Shown: positions 29,072 through 32,000 of the stretch, in pieces | Layout: the number at the start of each line of letters is the position of its first letter | How positions within the stretch are numbered: position 1 is the first letter of the stretch | Source of the DNA: Vibrio cholerae ATCC 14035 | GTDB lineage: Bacteria > Pseudomonadota > Gammaproteobacteria > Enterobacterales > Vibrionaceae | DNA length: 32,000 bases | Direction of reading: 5' to 3' | NCBI RefSeq assembly: GCF_000621645.1 | Contig: NZ_JHXR01000001.1 | Location: 240,001 to 272,000, forward strand | Translations under genes and position numbers: made by a program | Notes under the pieces: model-generated | The model's database searches: none | What the model saw: the letters and a program-made list of their open reading frames with translations, nothing else | What the model was told of the DNA's origin: nothing

Positions 29072-29097
29072 AAAAGGAGCCGCAAGGCTCCTTTTTT
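29072..29097 (+). terminator. Rho-independent terminator after rpsA
   Basis: AAAAGGAGCC (29072-29081), loop GCAA, GGCTCC (29086-29091), then TTTTTT. Its position after 29052 supports the full-length rpsA end. Confidence 0.9.
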
Positions 29098-29281
29098 GTT
29101 GTCATCCCTAAACCACCGCTTTTGCGGTGGTGCTTGTTGTAATCTTATGATCGCCACCTAAGATTAAACATGAGTAGTTGCCAAAAAGCCGCATAACGTT
29201 CACTCTTAGAAATAAAACAGTAAACCTAATGTAAGATCTCGCCCAACGTCGAGTTCTTTTTCTACAATGTAAATCAAGTGT

Positions 29282-29310
29282 TTGTTGGAATTGATATTAC
29301 TGACTATAAT
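29282..29310 (+). promoter_or_regulatory. Candidate sigma-70 promoter of ihfB
   Basis: TTGTTG (29282-29287), 17-nt spacer, perfect TATAAT (29305-29310), 30 nt upstream of the ihfB ATG. Confidence 0.5.
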
Positions 29311-29339
29311 TGAGCAGTAACAACTCGAAGAGGGAAACT

Positions 29340-29618
29340 ATGACTAAGTCCGAACTGATAGAAAGACTCTGTGCCGAACAAACGCACTTGTCTGCGAAAG
29401 AGATCGAAGATGCGGTAAAAAATATCCTTGAGCATATGGCCTCAACGTTAGAAGCGGGGGAGCGCATCGAGATTCGTGGTTTCGGTAGCTTTTCCTTACA
29501 CTATCGTGAGCCGCGTGTAGGGCGTAATCCTAAGACTGGCGATAAGGTGGAGTTGGAAGGTAAGTACGTTCCGCATTTCAAACCAGGTAAGGAACTACGC
29601 GAACGCGTTAACTTGTAA
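29340..29618 (+). CDS. ihfB: Integration host factor beta subunit
   Basis: 92 aa from the ATG at 29340 ([27 protein letters not shown]...[24 protein letters not shown]). GAAGAGGGA SD. The track start at 29310 is a TTG extension. Confidence 0.95.
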   Translation: MTKSELIERLCAEQTHLSAKEIEDAVKNILEHMASTLEAGERIEIRGFGSFSLHYREPRVGRNPKTGDKVELEGKYVPHFKPGKELRERVNL

Positions 29619-29641
29619 TCTGAGTAAAGTTTGTTCACACG

Positions 29642-29673
29642 AGCGGCATGCTAATCCAGCGTGCCGCTTTTTT
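29642..29673 (+). terminator. Rho-independent terminator after ihfB
   Basis: AGCGGCA (29642-29648) pairs with TGCCGCT (29662-29668), running into a T-tract that ends at 29673. Confidence 0.8.
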
Positions 29674-29756
29674 ATATCAGCATGACTATTAGCCGTGGTT
29701 TGTCGCGCCGTTTTCCTGCATAATCGGTGTGCCAATTTGTGAAAAGGTAATGACTT

Positions 29757-30038
29757 ATGAAAATTATAAAGATAGTCGCCGTACTCGCTCTTTTCTTAAT
29801 CGCATTAGCATTAGGCTCGCAAAACCAATCGGTTGTGGTATTTAACTACTTGCTAGCGCAAGGTGAGTTTCATTTATCGACCTTACTGGGTACGGTTTTT
29901 ATTGTCGGCTTTGCTTGTGCAGCGATTCTTTTCGGTGGCATGCATTTCAAGTCGCAACTGAGAATTCGCAAACTTACCAAACAGTTAAAATTGGCCAATC
30001 AGCAATCCGCACCTGAAACGAAAGTACATAGCGGATAA
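29757..30038 (+). CDS. lapA: Lipopolysaccharide assembly protein LapA (YciS, DUF1049)
   Basis: 93 aa with two TM helices. Lies immediately upstream of lapB, in conserved yciS-yciM-pyrF order. Confidence 0.8.
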   Translation: MKIIKIVAVLALFLIALALGSQNQSVVVFNYLLAQGEFHLSTLLGTVFIVGFACAAILFGGMHFKSQLRIRKLTKQLKLANQQSAPETKVHSG

Positions 30039-30049
30039 GGCTGTTTTCG

Positions 30050-31219
30050 ATGTTAGAAATACTGTTCCTGTTATTGCCCATCGCTGCCGCCTACGGCTGG
30101 TACATGGGGCATCGTAGCGCCCAGCAAGATAAACAGAAACAATCACACCAAATTTCGCGTCAATACGTGACCGGTTTGAACCTCTTACTCTCCGATCAAT
30201 CGGATAAAGCGGTTGATCACTTTATCGAATTACTGCAAGTCGATAATGAAACCATTGATACCCATCTAGCACTCGGTAACCTTTTCCGGTCTCGTGGCGA
30301 AGTGGATCGCGCTATTCGTATTCACCAAAACCTTATCTCTCGCTCTGGGTTGACCATAGACCAGAAAAACTTGGCGCTGCAGCAGTTAGCTAAGGACTAT
30401 ATGGTGTCCGGTTTTCTTGATCGTGCTGAGAAAATATTTGAACAACTGATTGATGAGCCTGAGCATCGTGAATCTGCTCTCCAGCAGCTCACGGCAATTT
30501 ATCAACAGACTCGTGAGTGGCACAAAGCGATTGAGTGTGCCACCGCTTTGGTTAAGCTTGGGCGCAAACGTATGAAGGTGAACATTGCGCATTTCTACTG
30601 CGAGCTGGCCATGCTTGAAAAGGCGGACAGTAACGATAACAAAGCCATTCAACTGTTTAAAAAAGCATTACAAGAAGATCCGAAATGTGTACGTGCAACC
30701 ATTTCACTCGGTAAACTCTACCTACAAAACGAAGACTATCAGAAGACTATTGACCATCTAGAGATGGTTCTTGAGCAAGATATCGATTTTATCGGTGAAG
30801 TGCTCAATACGTTGGCTGAGTGTTACCACCATTTGGGGCGAGAGCAAGATTTGATCACCTTCTTACGTCGCTGTATCGCCAATAAAGCGGGGGTATCGGC
30901 CGAATTAATGCTCGCTCAGCTGGTTGCACAGCATGAAGGTATTGCCGCTGCACAAGAGATTTTAACTCGTCAGTTGGTTAAAAATCCTACTATGAAAGGC
31001 TTTTACCGGTTGATTGATTACCATATTGCCGAAGCGGAAGAGGGCAGAGCCAAAGCCAGTCTCTCTACGTTACAACGCTTAGTGGGTGAACAGCTTAAAG
31101 TAAAACCCCATTACCGTTGCCGTAAATGTGGCTTTTCGACCCATTCACTTTATTGGCATTGCCCATCATGTAAAAACTGGGGTTCAATCAAGCCAATCAG
31201 AGGCTTAGATGGTGAGTAA
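30050..31219 (+). CDS. lapB: Lipopolysaccharide assembly protein LapB (YciM): N-terminal TM anchor, TPR repeats, C-terminal rubredoxin-like zinc site
   Basis: 389 aa. N-terminal anchor MLEILFLLLPIAAAYGWY, TPR-like repeats, C-terminal CRKCGF...HCPSCKNW. Confidence 0.92.
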   Translation: MLEILFLLLPIAAAYGWYMGHRSAQQDKQKQSHQISRQYVTGLNLLLSDQSDKAVDHFIELLQVDNETIDTHLALGNLFRSRGEVDRAIRIHQNLISRSGLTIDQKNLALQQLAKDYMVSGFLDRAEKIFEQLIDEPEHRESALQQLTAIYQQTREWHKAIECATALVKLGRKRMKVNIAHFYCELAMLEKADSNDNKAIQLFKKALQEDPKCVRATISLGKLYLQNEDYQKTIDHLEMVLEQDIDFIGEVLNTLAECYHHLGREQDLITFLRRCIANKAGVSAELMLAQLVAQHEGIAAAQEILTRQLVKNPTMKGFYRLIDYHIAEAEEGRAKASLSTLQRLVGEQLKVKPHYRCRKCGFSTHSLYWHCPSCKNWGSIKPIRGLDGE

Positions 31220-31239
31220 TTAAAAATCAACAGTATGAC

Positions 31240-31265
31240 GCAGCTATTTATGGCTGCTTTTTTTT
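31240..31265 (+). terminator. Rho-independent terminator after lapB
   Basis: GCAGCTA (31240-31246) and TGGCTGC (31251-31257) form an imperfect stem, followed by T8. Confidence 0.65.
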
Positions 31266-31291
31266 AACTCGATATACAGATAGGAGAAACG

Positions 31292-31987
31292 ATGAACGAC
31301 CCAAAAGTGATTGTTGCACTGGACTATGACAATCTGGCGGATGCGCTCGCGTTTGTGGACAAAATTGACCCAAGCACATGTCGACTCAAAGTGGGTAAAG
31401 AGATGTTTACTCTATTTGGTCCTGATTTTGTCCGTGAGCTGCATAAACGAGGTTTTTCTGTGTTTCTGGATCTTAAATTTCACGATATTCCGAATACCTG
31501 TTCAAAAGCGGTGAAAGCTGCCGCTGAGCTTGGGGTTTGGATGGTGAATGTGCACGCGAGTGGTGGCGAGCGAATGATGGCAGCATCGCGTGAGATTCTG
31601 GAGCCGTATGGTAAAGAGCGCCCACTGCTGATTGGTGTCACTGTATTGACCAGTATGGAATCTGCCGATTTACAAGGTATTGGCATCTTGAGTGCGCCAC
31701 AAGATCATGTGCTGCGATTAGCAACGCTCGCCAAAAATGCTGGTCTTGATGGTGTGGTATGCTCCGCACAAGAGGCATCACTATTGAAGCAACATTTGGG
31801 GCGTGAATTCAAATTGGTGACGCCAGGAATTCGTCCAGCGGGTTCAGAGCAAGGCGATCAACGCCGTATTATGACTCCAGCCCAAGCCATTGCCTCTGGT
31901 TCAGATTATCTCGTGATCGGTCGCCCTATCACTCAAGCCGCACATCCTGAAGTGGTTCTGGAAGAGATAAACAGCTCTTTAGTTTAG
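31292..31987 (+). CDS. pyrF: Orotidine-5'-phosphate decarboxylase
   Basis: 231 aa. VALDY..., [12 protein letters not shown] (catalytic DxKxxD region), VIGRPIT. TAGGAGAAAC SD. Confidence 0.95.
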   Translation: MNDPKVIVALDYDNLADALAFVDKIDPSTCRLKVGKEMFTLFGPDFVRELHKRGFSVFLDLKFHDIPNTCSKAVKAAAELGVWMVNVHASGGERMMAASREILEPYGKERPLLIGVTVLTSMESADLQGIGILSAPQDHVLRLATLAKNAGLDGVVCSAQEASLLKQHLGREFKLVTPGIRPAGSEQGDQRRIMTPAQAIASGSDYLVIGRPITQAAHPEVVLEEINSSLV

Positions 31988-32000
31988 CTTTACTAGATTG

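Noticed and set aside
28743-29157. Minus-strand ORFs of 120 aa and 100 aa over the 3' end of rpsA and its terminator.
   Set aside because: They are antisense shadows of the S1 C-terminal coding sequence, which is conserved in the shifted + frame. They also run across a strong + strand terminator.
1-32000. A scan for CRISPR arrays, long direct or inverted repeats, IS or transposase or integrase genes, tRNA genes, toxin-antitoxin pairs and defence-system signatures.
   Set aside because: Nothing was recognised by eye. Every large ORF is assigned to a housekeeping, metabolic or signalling family, and the spacers are short and explained by promoters and terminators. A computational repeat or HMM scan could still reveal features I cannot see manually.

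Overview
This is a core-chromosome window, most consistent with Vibrio (V. cholerae-like) chromosome 1 by gene content and synteny. That attribution comes from memory, not from a search. I count 29 coding genes, almost all tightly packed and recognisable. In order along the + strand they are: an OpgC-family membrane protein (5' end cut by the window edge), a HAD-IB hydrolase, a LysE-family exporter, and a four-gene accessory phospholipid cluster (hotdog thioesterase, PlsC-type acyltransferase, CdsA paralog, CDP-alcohol phosphatidyltransferase). Next come a GADEF-EAL c-di-GMP protein with a coupled secreted partner, a 33-codon hydrophobic ORF, selO/ydiU, and dctPQM TRAP transporter genes convergent with dctB-dctD. 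The rest is a long housekeeping run: tig-clpP-clpX-lon-hupB-ppiD-comEA-cmk-rpsA-ihfB-lapA-lapB-pyrF. I see no tRNA or rRNA genes, CRISPR array, transposase, integrase, phage genes or defence-type genes, and no obvious compositional island. I do not find a convincing dramatic novel system. The items most worth a second look are: (1) the self-contained ynbA/ynbB-like lipid cluster, whose product is not established; (2) the cysteine-free secreted protein coupled to the GADEF-EAL membrane protein; (3) an apparent 1-nt deletion that frameshifts rpsA; (4) an unannotated small hydrophobic ORF with its own promoter and terminator; (5) a near-consensus sigma-54 promoter in front of dctP. Where the ORF track began at upstream GTG or TTG codons, I trimmed the start to an ATG with a Shine-Dalgarno sequence and a family-typical N-terminus.
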